The notes under the pieces: model-generated
What the model was told of the DNA's origin: nothing
The model's database searches: none
What the model saw: only the letters and a program-made list of their open reading frames with translations
From: a virus
Taxonomy: Duplodnaviria > Caudoviricetes
Direction: 5' to 3' (one strand)
IMG/VR virus record: IMGVR_UViG_3300048631_000217
Length of the DNA: 64,000 nt
Program-made: the position numbers and the translations under genes
Shown: positions 18,426 through 27,159 of the stretch, in pieces
Position numbering within the stretch: position 1 is the first letter of the stretch
Layout: each line of letters begins with the position of its first letter

Positions 18426-20143
18426 ACTATTTCTTCAATCTCCGAAAAGTTTTTCACTTTGTTGACTTTAAGTATCCGCTGAAACTTGTCGTAATACCCT
18501 TCACCCTTATGCGAGATAATGTAGATACTGGTATCCTTGGTAACGTTCCTGATGATTTTGAGGAAATCATCAGTGCCAGATTCATCAAGCGATGAATCAA
18601 GGATTTCGTCCATGAATAGGATGTTCGCGGAAATGCTGTTACGCATACGGGCAATATCCCGCCATGTAAAGAGTAACGCTAGGTCAATTCTAAGCTTTTC
18701 GCCTTCCGAGAAATTGAAGTAGCTGAAACTATCCCTATGCCGTGACTTGATCGTTTCATTGAATTCCTCGTCAATCTCCATCTGAACAAACAGGTCCATT
18801 TCAGATAGATACTTGTTGATACTGGCATTCATGACAGGGATGTATTGCTTGATGATATTGGCCTTGATACCACCATCTTTCAGTAGCATTGCAGCGTATT
18901 TATAACGCTCCGATTCAGCCGTTTTCGTATCAACAGATTTCTTCAGTTTATCGTGTTCCTTGGCAAGCCTCTTGATATCCCCTTCATCGACCGTTTCCGG
19001 TTCTTTTGATGAATCCTCTATCTCCCTTCGGATAGACTTGATGCTCGTTTGGTGAATCTGGATATTGGAATTGTTACGGGAAATGGCGAATTGTTCCTCG
19101 GAAATACGGTTCTGCACTTCCGATATCTCATCAAGTCGTCGTCTTACACTATCAAGTTTTTCGGCAAGTTTCTTGGCCCCTTCGTTCAACTTCTGGTATT
19201 CATCACGTCTCGAATCGGCTATAGATTTCTTGAAGTCCTTGGCGATAGGTTGTCTGCATGTCGGGCAGTCATCATTGCGATTGTAGAAGTCAACTTCTTT
19301 CTTGATGGATGATTTTCGGGTGTCAATCTTGGTCCCGTAACTCTCCAATTCTCGCAGTTTATCGTTGATATCGCTCCGATCCTTGATCTGTTCCTGTAGC
19401 GAATGAACAGACTCCGATAGACGGCTGTTATCATCTTCAAGCTGTTTGATTTGACTCTCAAGTTCTGCAATCCTCTCATTAAGCTTCCCTACTTCTGCCG
19501 ATTTCATGTTTCGGATCTCGGCAAGATGCGCCTTCAACGTATCAAGTTCCCGCTTGGTAATGGACAAGGACGTTTCCAGCTTGGTCAATTCATCCTTGTT
19601 GACCTTTACACGATCCTTCAGGATACTATTCATCTTTCCGAAAATCTGGATATCCAGAAGGTCTTCGATAACCGCACGTCTTTCCGGCAATGTCAACTGC
19701 ATGAAGGGGGTAAAGGTGCTAGCCCCCAAGACGACAATCTGTGTGAATGCCTTGTAGGACATTTTCAGGATATCGCGTTCAAGCCGTTCCTGATCGAACT
19801 TGGCGGATGATTCCTGACTGATAACCTCGTCATTCTTGACGATTTCGAAGACATTAGGCTTGATACCTCGTCTGACGAGATAGTTCGCTTTTCCGATTCT
19901 AAACTCTACCTCGACCAGCAATTCTTTCTTGTTGATGCTGTTGACAAGATTGGGTTTGTTGATCTTGCGGAAAGGCTTGTTATAGAGTGCAAAGCACAAG
20001 GCGTCAAGGATCGTTGACTTGCCTGCACCATTGGTCCCGACAATCAAGTTGGATTGTGCGTGGTCGAAATCGACTTCACTAAAGACGTTGCCGGTTGACA
20101 AAATGTTCTTGAACCGTAACCGCTTGAAAATAATCATCACCAC
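18422..20143 (-). CDS. gp46: Recombination nuclease SbcC/Rad50-like subunit
   Basis: GTNGAGKS, CPTC zinc hook, FSEGEK, MDEILD. Confidence 0.96.
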   Translation of the reverse strand: MVMIIFKRLRFKNILSTGNVFSEVDFDHAQSNLIVGTNGAGKSTILDALCFALYNKPFRKINKPNLVNSINKKELLVEVEFRIGKANYLVRRGIKPNVFEIVKNDEVISQESSAKFDQERLERDILKMSYKAFTQIVVLGASTFTPFMQLTLPERRAVIEDLLDIQIFGKMNSILKDRVKVNKDELTKLETSLSITKRELDTLKAHLAEIRNMKSAEVGKLNERIAELESQIKQLEDDNSRLSESVHSLQEQIKDRSDINDKLRELESYGTKIDTRKSSIKKEVDFYNRNDDCPTCRQPIAKDFKKSIADSRRDEYQKLNEGAKKLAEKLDSVRRRLDEISEVQNRISEEQFAISRNNSNIQIHQTSIKSIRREIEDSSKEPETVDEGDIKRLAKEHDKLKKSVDTKTAESERYKYAAMLLKDGGIKANIIKQYIPVMNASINKYLSEMDLFVQMEIDEEFNETIKSRHRDSFSYFNFSEGEKLRIDLALLFTWRDIARMRNSISANILFMDEILDSSLDESGTDDFLKIIRNVTKDTSIYIISHKGEGYYDKFQRILKVNKVKNFSEIEEIV

Positions 20144-20166
20144 CTCATAGTTTTTTCACAAAAGTA

Positions 20167-20225
20167 TTGACATAGAGTGAGTCATACCCTATATTAATCA
20201 TGTAAGCGATAGAAAGGAATACCTG
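20167..20225 (+). promoter_or_regulatory. Early promoter/leader module, copy 2
   Basis: TTGACA 20167-72, 17 bp, TATATT 20190-95, AATCATGTAAGCGATAG, AAAGGAA RBS. Confidence 0.85.
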
Positions 20226-20519
20226 ATGGGCCGTTCGTATACTCCCAAATACCGCGTCGAATACCGGGACAACACCATGAACCGTCTCGGCACCGACCGC
20301 ATTTTGTCTTACGACGCGAAGCGTTACGGCAAGCCGACCGATGCCAAAGCCGAAGATTTGCGCCGTGCCTTGAACAAATCCTTCAATGTCGGCGGGGTCA
20401 ACTGGCACGTATCCGAAGCCGCCGGTGTTGTCGTGTCGGTCAACCGTCTCCGCATCATCAACCAGCGTTCGGGGCAGGTAGTGGCCGAATCGAATGCACC
20501 GATGTTCGAAGTAGTCTAA
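20226..20519 (+). CDS. Hypothetical early protein inserted antisense between gp47 and gp46
   Basis: 97 aa with promoter and RBS; stop overlaps the gp47 stop. Confidence 0.8.
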   Translation: MGRSYTPKYRVEYRDNTMNRLGTDRILSYDAKRYGKPTDAKAEDLRRALNKSFNVGGVNWHVSEAAGVVVSVNRLRIINQRSGQVVAESNAPMFEVV

Positions 20520-21544
20520 AGAGCATTCGCCTCTTTGTAAAGGTCGGAAATCAGATCGTAAAGGCCCGGCACTCGGGCCTTTTCTTGTACCGCATCCACG
20601 CTTTTCTTGATGATGGAAAGTGTATCTTCGGTGTTTTCGACATCATCAAGAACCGGCATATCCATCGCGGTAGTGCGATCCACCAAGGTAAGGTCATAGG
20701 CACCGGCATTTTCGACACTCTCACGGAAGGTATCCAATGCCGATTTATCCTTGGAGTCCGATACGATCACCCTCACGAACTTTTCTGAAAACTGGTCATA
20801 GTCCATCGTATCGACTTCGGACTCATCATACTGACAGAGCATGAACAGGTCTTTCGGGTTTTGAACGAATTCGATATCCAAGGTGTCTGTATCAAAGATG
20901 TGGAACCCTCTTGCGCCCCCGCAATCGTTCCAATCCATCTGATAAGGTGCCCCGAGATACCGCACGTTACCTTGCTGGCCCGGTAGATGAAAATGCCCGG
21001 AGAAGACTTGTGCGAAATTCTTGAAAAGCGTTTGGGACAGGCCATGTTCGGCCTTGTGCCCTCGCGTCATTTCGAACCCGTTGATCTCGAAATGACCCAT
21101 GACGATACCGGATTGAGTCTGGTCTAGGGCATCCATGCAAGCCGAATGATTGTCACGGCTGATCCATGGCACCAGCAACATGCCATCTACATCAAGCGGT
21201 TCGTCAACGATATGAACGATGTTGTCGAATTCTTCTGTAACTTTAGCCGAATTGACTCGATTCGTATCCTTGTAATATACATCATGGTTTCCCATGATCC
21301 AATACATTTTGATACCCATCTGACGTAACGGGACCAATACCCGTTCCTTTACCTCTTTCACAACCGCGATGTTGATATTGCGTCTCTGGTCGAACAAATC
21401 CCCCATATGCACGACCGTATCAATACCCTCTTCGGATAGCTTGGGCAGGAACACCTTTTCGATGAATTCTAGTTGGTGCCTCAGAAACCTATCGTTTCCC
21501 GAACGAACACCGAAATGTGTGTCTGTGATAATCGCTAACTTCAC
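20516..21544 (-). CDS. gp47: Recombination nuclease SbcD/Mre11-like subunit
   Basis: DTHFG, GDLFD, GNHD, SGHFH. Confidence 0.96.
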   Translation of the reverse strand: MKLAIITDTHFGVRSGNDRFLRHQLEFIEKVFLPKLSEEGIDTVVHMGDLFDQRRNINIAVVKEVKERVLVPLRQMGIKMYWIMGNHDVYYKDTNRVNSAKVTEEFDNIVHIVDEPLDVDGMLLVPWISRDNHSACMDALDQTQSGIVMGHFEINGFEMTRGHKAEHGLSQTLFKNFAQVFSGHFHLPGQQGNVRYLGAPYQMDWNDCGGARGFHIFDTDTLDIEFVQNPKDLFMLCQYDESEVDTMDYDQFSEKFVRVIVSDSKDKSALDTFRESVENAGAYDLTLVDRTTAMDMPVLDDVENTEDTLSIIKKSVDAVQEKARVPGLYDLISDLYKEANAL

Positions 21545-21581
21545 GTCAATCCCCTATAACAAATTCTATGATAGAATAGAG

Positions 21582-22091
21582 TTATTGTGTGTCTGGTCCA
21601 GCCTCTTCGGCAAATTGATCCAAGGGGCCGGTTCTTTGTTGCTTTTCGGCAACAGTCTTTCGTTGCAAGCTTTCTTCGAAATTCTGGATGAAGTCGCTGA
21701 TATGGTCATAGCTAAGGTCGCTGTCATGGTGCATGGCCGATAGCTTGTACCGCTTGTACAACTCCTTCTTTTCCGTCTTGATTCGTGTGAGAAAGGCAAA
21801 CCATATCACACGGGTAAAGTATGCGAAAGGGTTTTGTGACTTGTCTGGTGTGAAATTGTCAACTGCCTGAATGGCCGTCTGGATGCCATCCGAGATCATT
21901 TCATCCTTGAAGACGTAGCCACTGAAGTTCGGACGGGATGCCAGCCGGGTTGCGATCTTGTAGATACATTCGCCGATATACTCAGGAATCTTGGGTAAAG
22001 GCTTGCCAGCCGCTTCGCATGATTCCCTATCTGCAATGTACCTTTCCATCTGTTCTAGGAAATCTGCATTATTCACGTAGTTTTTAGCCAT
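21582..22091 (-). CDS. gp55: Late-transcription sigma factor
   Basis: NYVNNADF, RPNFSGY, EMISDGI, NPFAYFT. Confidence 0.95.
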   Translation of the reverse strand: MAKNYVNNADFLEQMERYIADRESCEAAGKPLPKIPEYIGECIYKIATRLASRPNFSGYVFKDEMISDGIQTAIQAVDNFTPDKSQNPFAYFTRVIWFAFLTRIKTEKKELYKRYKLSAMHHDSDLSYDHISDFIQNFEESLQRKTVAEKQQRTGPLDQFAEEAGPDTQ

Positions 22092-22119
22092 GTTATTGAT
22101 ATTCCTTGATTCTTTTCTG

Positions 22120-22147
22120 TTGACAGGTTTTCGGGGGTCGGTATAAT
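22120..22147 (+). promoter_or_regulatory. Consensus sigma70 promoter with no credible downstream ORF (antisense to uvsW operon)
   Basis: TTGACA 22120-25, 16 bp, TATAAT 22142-47, then an AT-rich tract. Confidence 0.7.
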
Positions 22148-22189
22148 CGTTATTAACGCAATGAAGAATTATATAATTATTATAGAGTC

Positions 22190-22564
22190 TTAATGATACT
22201 TGTACTTCTTAGATAGACTACTAGCAGAAAGAATTTCATCAAGAAGGTCCGTAGGACCGTCTTCCGTAGGAAGACCTTCAGAGTCATTATCCTGATCCCT
22301 TTCATGGAACTTGTTGTAGTATTCCATGGCCGTTTCTGAAGCGGGATGAACATACATGATATCCCCCTTATGGACCCTTACCTGATCTTCGGATGACAGG
22401 AACAACATGTCTTCCATGAATGGCCCGTATTGCATATTTATCTGGTATCTGACGGGACTTGTTAGGGTCAGGAATGACTTGTCGGTTTCCGTCAACTCGT
22501 CATTGTCATATATATAGGCAAGCACGTCATCCCCACATCTGTATTTCAGATAGTATAAACTCAT
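22190..22564 (-). CDS. Hypothetical protein between uvsW and gp55 (possible Sm-like fold)
   Basis: YLKYRCGDDVLA...LTLTSPV; syntenic position typical of T4-like phages. Confidence 0.6.
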   Translation of the reverse strand: MSLYYLKYRCGDDVLAYIYDNDELTETDKSFLTLTSPVRYQINMQYGPFMEDMLFLSSEDQVRVHKGDIMYVHPASETAMEYYNKFHERDQDNDSEGLPTEDGPTDLLDEILSASSLSKKYKYH

Positions 22565-24027
22565 TTCAACTCCACTTTGTAAATCTTGACCTTGAAGCCT
22601 TCCTTGGTATACATGTCCATTCTCTCGCGAAAATGCTTCATGGAATAGTTCTCACCAACGGTTGACAGGTCATCAACTATATCATATAGCTTCGTGTGTG
22701 TGCTGTCTTTCCCTCGTCTTAACCCCCGCCCGATGGATTGCAACACCCGTTTCTTCGACTTATAGGCAATCGTGAATATGATGTTGTCAAGGCGTTTGAT
22801 GTTGGTTCCGCGCGAAAAGGTTCCATATGACCCCAATACTACAGCATTGTCCGACTTCTCGACAATGGCCCGAACCTTTTCCCTAACGTCAGCATCGACT
22901 TTTCCATGTACGTAATGTACAGGTTTCTTACCAGATTCGAGAATAGGTTTGATGATATCCCCGTGTCTCTTGATATGCGTGAATAACAAGAGGCTATTAC
23001 CGTCTATGTTTTCAGCAAGCTTCGCAATGTATTTATTGCGACATTCAAGGTTCTCAAGGAATTCTATTTCCTTGTCATATGATGACTTCCCCTTACCATT
23101 CTTCAATGCTTTGCGTGTCGTCTCCGAATGAGATAAGACCAATACATTGATTGTCAGTTCTGATAGATATCCTTGGTCTATGAGATCCTTAGTCGTTACG
23201 TATTGCCTGATCGGACCAAATAACCCTGTCAACACAAGACGATCTGTTTTGCAATCCTCTAGGGTTCCGGTGAACCCATAACGATACGGAACCTGCACAC
23301 ATTTTTCAAGTAGTTTTTTAAGAGATTCCGCAGAGAATTCGTCTGCCTCATCCCCTATCACGCAATCGAATTGCGAGAACCATGATTCAGGTAATCGGAA
23401 AATGCTTTGCCATGTTGACAGGACGATAGGGGCGTCAGTGTCCTTGGAAGACCCTTCGGCGATCATATGCAAATCTGTTGCATTTCCGCCAGCATAGTCT
23501 GCAAAATCACCTGCAATCTGTTTCACCAACCCGACCGAAGGCAAGACGACAAGAGTTCGTTTCCCTTTGGCCTTCATGTATTGAGCCAATAGGTATACCA
23601 CAAAGGACTTGCCGGATGCGGTAGGAGAAATGTAGAACCCTCTTCCATTTCTAAGGGCATCCGCGACTAACAGACTCTGATAGTAACGCGGTTTGAATTC
23701 ATCACTTGTTCCGATAGATTTTGTGATAACTTCTGCCGCATTGTCGGGAACGTTTTTGGTATTCCTGACGCCTTCGCCGACCGCTACACTGTACCCATTG
23801 TCACTACACCATGCCTCGACTTCATCAACCAACCCGGTATAAATCTGACGATTGTTCTTGTTGAGCAGACGTATCTTTCCGTCCCAAAACCCTTCTTTAA
23901 ACTTCGGGGAAAATTGCGCACCTTCCACGAAGAATGTGAAATGATCCGACATTTGACGAATGATGTGGATTTCGGCATCTACTGCAATATAAGTTTCGTT
24001 AACCTTACGTAATGTTACGTCATGCAC
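22561..24027 (-). CDS. uvsW: SF2 RNA-DNA/DNA helicase
   Basis: WDGKIRL, SPTASGKS, STWQS, GDEAD, LQSIGRGLR. Confidence 0.95.
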   Translation of the reverse strand: MHDVTLRKVNETYIAVDAEIHIIRQMSDHFTFFVEGAQFSPKFKEGFWDGKIRLLNKNNRQIYTGLVDEVEAWCSDNGYSVAVGEGVRNTKNVPDNAAEVITKSIGTSDEFKPRYYQSLLVADALRNGRGFYISPTASGKSFVVYLLAQYMKAKGKRTLVVLPSVGLVKQIAGDFADYAGGNATDLHMIAEGSSKDTDAPIVLSTWQSIFRLPESWFSQFDCVIGDEADEFSAESLKKLLEKCVQVPYRYGFTGTLEDCKTDRLVLTGLFGPIRQYVTTKDLIDQGYLSELTINVLVLSHSETTRKALKNGKGKSSYDKEIEFLENLECRNKYIAKLAENIDGNSLLLFTHIKRHGDIIKPILESGKKPVHYVHGKVDADVREKVRAIVEKSDNAVVLGSYGTFSRGTNIKRLDNIIFTIAYKSKKRVLQSIGRGLRRGKDSTHTKLYDIVDDLSTVGENYSMKHFRERMDMYTKEGFKVKIYKVELK

Positions 24028-24457
24028 CTGTCTTGAACCTTTCCCAATCTACGATGGCTCGGATTGAATATCCTCTTTGCTTGATTTCCTTGATGATGCT
24101 TTCCAGAAAATTAACCTTCTGTTTCTGGTATGCTACTCGAAGCTGTTCCGTCTTCACCTCATCATCATCATTGATGATTTCTGGTAGGTCTTGCTTCAGG
24201 ATGCGGAGCGGATAGGGTTTCCAGCCGCGTTCGCGCATGATATCGTCATCAAGTGTTCCTGAATAATGCTCGCGTTTCAAACGCTTCAGATGACCTAGTT
24301 CTATCATCATCTTTTCGAGTTTGAGATATTCGCGCACATAGATACCATAATACTTGTTGTGCAGCTTCGGGGTTCGGCGGGTTTCGTCTGTCATATCCGG
24401 GCCAAATACCCCGTCTTTTTCCCACGCCTCTTCAATTTCTTCCAGCTTCATGATCAT
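24020..24457 (-). CDS. uvsY: Recombination mediator
   Basis: PKLHNKY, RGYSIRAIVDWERF; synteny. Confidence 0.9.
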   Translation of the reverse strand: MIMKLEEIEEAWEKDGVFGPDMTDETRRTPKLHNKYYGIYVREYLKLEKMMIELGHLKRLKREHYSGTLDDDIMRERGWKPYPLRILKQDLPEIINDDDEVKTEQLRVAYQKQKVNFLESIIKEIKQRGYSIRAIVDWERFKTGA

Positions 24458-24465
24458 CCTTGTTT

Positions 24466-24948
24466 TCAGAGTTTTTTGTAAGAAAAGCTTTCATAGTTGA
24501 AAGTTACTTGACATTCCGAATATTGCACATCTGCGTTGGTTATGTCAAGGTCTATGTCGCCCAATGCCATCGGCCACATGTTCTTGAATGTTACCTCTAT
24601 GTTCGGATTTTGGTTGCTGTTCAGGATGATCAAAGACCCGTCCGAGTATAGACCATCATCTGCCTTCAGGTTGGCAAACTGGCCGAAATCGTCGGGGAAG
24701 GTAAGACCGATCATCCATCCCATGATTTCAGCATGGTTCCGCATGTCTTCATCGACTTTGAACGTTAGTGTGAATTCCCCGAATTCTAGTTGGTCTCCGT
24801 GGATAGGAAGTGACTTGAATGGTGTCGGAAAATTCACCTTGTTGGCGGTAAGGCCGGGTAAGTTTGCCTTCTGTCCGAAGTAGGATACTTGCGGCAACCT
24901 CTTGATATTAAAACGAAAACCGTTTGGTGAAAGGTAGTTGTTCAACAT
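24466..24948 (-). CDS. gp3: Tail tube terminator / completion protein
   Basis: NYLSPNGFRF, FKVDEDMRN, YSDGSLIILNS; synteny gp23-gp3-uvsY; ATAAATA upstream. Confidence 0.85.
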   Translation of the reverse strand: MLNNYLSPNGFRFNIKRLPQVSYFGQKANLPGLTANKVNFPTPFKSLPIHGDQLEFGEFTLTFKVDEDMRNHAEIMGWMIGLTFPDDFGQFANLKADDGLYSDGSLIILNSNQNPNIEVTFKNMWPMALGDIDLDITNADVQYSECQVTFNYESFSYKKL

Positions 24949-24980
24949 GTTAAAAATCCTCGTTTTCTTGTATTTATCCC

Positions 24981-25039
24981 TTGACTAAAGGTTATGTTGG
25001 CCCTATATTAATCATGTAAGCGATAGAAAGGACTGACAG
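24981..25039 (+). promoter_or_regulatory. Early promoter/leader module, copy 3
   Basis: TTGACT 24981-86, 17 bp, TATATT 25004-09, AATCATGTAAGCGATAG, AAAGGA RBS. Confidence 0.85.
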
Positions 25040-25405
25040 ATGGCCTATATCTCTACCGAAAAAGTCAAGACCATTCGCGAACGCCTGAAAGAAGCTTTCC
25101 CCCGCAAGGACGGCTGGAAGTTTTCGGTCACGCGGCGGAATGCGATGGCGGTTTGTGTCGTCATCCTTGAAGGCCCCATCGAATTCAAGGACGCTGAGGG
25201 GAACGATCTCTCCTATAGTCAGGTCAACAAATACCACATCGACCGTTTCAACGCCAAGGAATCTGCGGAAGTTCTCAAAAAGATTCTCGACATCATGACC
25301 ATTGACTACTATGATAATAGTGACATCATGACCGACTACTTCGATGTTGCCTATTATCGGGATCTGATGGTCGGTCGCTGGGATCGTCCCTACAAGAAGG
25401 TGTGA
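25040..25405 (+). CDS. LPD29-like (large polyvalent protein-associated domain) early protein
   Basis: IRERLKEAFP...KFSV...EGP...DNSDIMTDYFD pattern. Confidence 0.6.
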   Translation: MAYISTEKVKTIRERLKEAFPRKDGWKFSVTRRNAMAVCVVILEGPIEFKDAEGNDLSYSQVNKYHIDRFNAKESAEVLKKILDIMTIDYYDNSDIMTDYFDVAYYRDLMVGRWDRPYKKV

Positions 25406-25409
25406 GGCT

Positions 25410-25628
25410 ATGAACATTACCAAACCCTACAATATGTTCCGCGTTCTCGGAAAAGAGGATTTCGAAATCGAAGTCATCGGCGGCACGATCTATGCCTTCG
25501 GTAGTGAGGTAGGAACCCTGCGTCTCTTCAAGGAATACAATAAGGTCACACGTAACGAGCGAACCGATCAAGGGTTTTCTAAGAACCTGCAAAAGTTCTA
25601 TTTCCGCCTTGAACTTCGGCATAGCTAG
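25410..25628 (+). CDS. Small hypothetical protein
   Basis: 72 aa, GAGG RBS, tightly packed operon. Confidence 0.7.
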   Translation: MNITKPYNMFRVLGKEDFEIEVIGGTIYAFGSEVGTLRLFKEYNKVTRNERTDQGFSKNLQKFYFRLELRHS

Positions 25629-25630
25629 TA

Positions 25631-27115
25631 ATGAACCAGAACGATTTAAGAAAACTCTTCCAAGACGAAGGAATGTCTGTGGCCGATATCTCGAATGAAT
25701 TCGGGGTATCGGTCGCGACCGTTTATCGTAGCCTGAAAAGATTTGATCTTCTGCCAAAGACAACCAAACCATCCAAAGACGAGTTGTCAAAGGTGTATGA
25801 CAGACCCGGAATGTCGATTACCGGGCTTGCGAAGCATTATAGCAAATCTGCGGTGACGATTCGTCAATGGCTTGACGAATACGGAATCGTTCGCAAGGGG
25901 CATCTTCAGACATGTCGCGAAGTGAATGCAGGTAAACAGGCGAATACGCCCGCCCGAGACATATTCGAAAACGACTATAAGTCGCATACTATACAGGAAT
26001 TGCTAAGGAAATACAACACTTCCCCCGCAACTCTTTACACATGGATAAATGGTTTCGGGTTGTCGCGGGACCATTCTGAATCCTGTGTCAAAGCCAAAGC
26101 CGTAGAACATGCCGATATCAGGCCGGGGAAGGAAGAATTCGAACGCCTGTATAATGATCACGGAAATCTTAAATCCGTGGCTGAGGTGATTGGATGTTCC
26201 TATTCCCATGTCAGGATGTTGGCACGTCAATATGATATTGAGGTTGATAAACCGTGGCGATCACATGCGGAAAAGACCCTACAAGAGACCCTTAATACCA
26301 CCATACCTGACGGGAATTGGATTGGATGTGATCGGACCATTATCGCCCCATATGAACTTGATATCGTATCCGAACCCTATCGGATAGCCATAGAATACTG
26401 TGGTTCATATTGGCATTCTGAAGGGTTTGGACAAAAGCCGCGCGACTATCATAGGCGGAAAATGCTTTCGGTTAATGAGGCGGGTTACAGGCTCGTTACC
26501 ATCTTTGAATGGGATGATCCTGCCAAAGTCATATCTCTGATTAGAACCATGACCGGACAGACGATCCGTATCCACGGGCGAAAGACGAAACCTGTATTGA
26601 TAGAATCGAATATAGCCGCAGATTTCCACAACACTCACCACCTTTCAGGTGCTAGAGGTGGGTCTTATCATATCGGGCTGTATCATGCCGATACGCTTGT
26701 CATGGTTCTGACAATGGGCAGACCACGTTTCAAATCCAAGGCAGAATGGGAATGTGTGCGTATGACATCGCACTCGGATTACAGGGTTGTCGGCGGGGCG
26801 TCCAAACTATTCAAGGCGTTTCGGGGAATGATAGACACCGGCTCTATATTGACCTTTGCTGATCTACGTTTCGGAAACGGTTCTGTATATGAGAAATGCG
26901 GATTTGAACGTTTGAAGGATTCGCCCCCGAACTACTGGTATTTCCATAAGGATAGACCGCAATCGTGCTATTCTAGGGTCAAGTTTCAGAAACACAAATT
27001 GGTCAATGAGTTGGAACATTTTGATGATGGATTGACCGAATACGAAAACATGAAAGCAAACAATTGGGATCGTGTTTGGGATTGTGGAAATGCTGTCTAT
27101 GTTTGGGCAAAATAA
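25631..27115 (+). CDS. Hef-like free-standing homing endonuclease (HTH repeats + PD-(D/E)xK-type nuclease + GNAT/Mom-like C-terminus)
   Basis: Four HTH-like repeats; YELDIV...IAIEYCGSYWHS; VVGGASKLF...FADLRFGNGSVYEKCGF; convergent with gp23. Confidence 0.75.
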   Translation: MNQNDLRKLFQDEGMSVADISNEFGVSVATVYRSLKRFDLLPKTTKPSKDELSKVYDRPGMSITGLAKHYSKSAVTIRQWLDEYGIVRKGHLQTCREVNAGKQANTPARDIFENDYKSHTIQELLRKYNTSPATLYTWINGFGLSRDHSESCVKAKAVEHADIRPGKEEFERLYNDHGNLKSVAEVIGCSYSHVRMLARQYDIEVDKPWRSHAEKTLQETLNTTIPDGNWIGCDRTIIAPYELDIVSEPYRIAIEYCGSYWHSEGFGQKPRDYHRRKMLSVNEAGYRLVTIFEWDDPAKVISLIRTMTGQTIRIHGRKTKPVLIESNIAADFHNTHHLSGARGGSYHIGLYHADTLVMVLTMGRPRFKSKAEWECVRMTSHSDYRVVGGASKLFKAFRGMIDTGSILTFADLRFGNGSVYEKCGFERLKDSPPNYWYFHKDRPQSCYSRVKFQKHKLVNELEHFDDGLTEYENMKANNWDRVWDCGNAVYVWAK

Positions 27116-27137
27116 AAGGGGGCCGAAGCCCCCTTTT
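27114..27137. terminator. Bidirectional intrinsic terminator (cUUCGg loop on minus strand)
   Basis: AAAAGGGGGC-CGAA-GCCCCCTTTT between convergent genes. Confidence 0.9.
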
Positions 27138-27159
27138 CGGATAGTTGACCTATCTCTTA

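Noticed and set aside
20145-25423. ORFs 20145-20408 and 24992-25423 (and 9684-9866) sharing SIAYM(I/M)NIG
   Set aside because: This is the antisense translation of the shared promoter motif, not a protein family.
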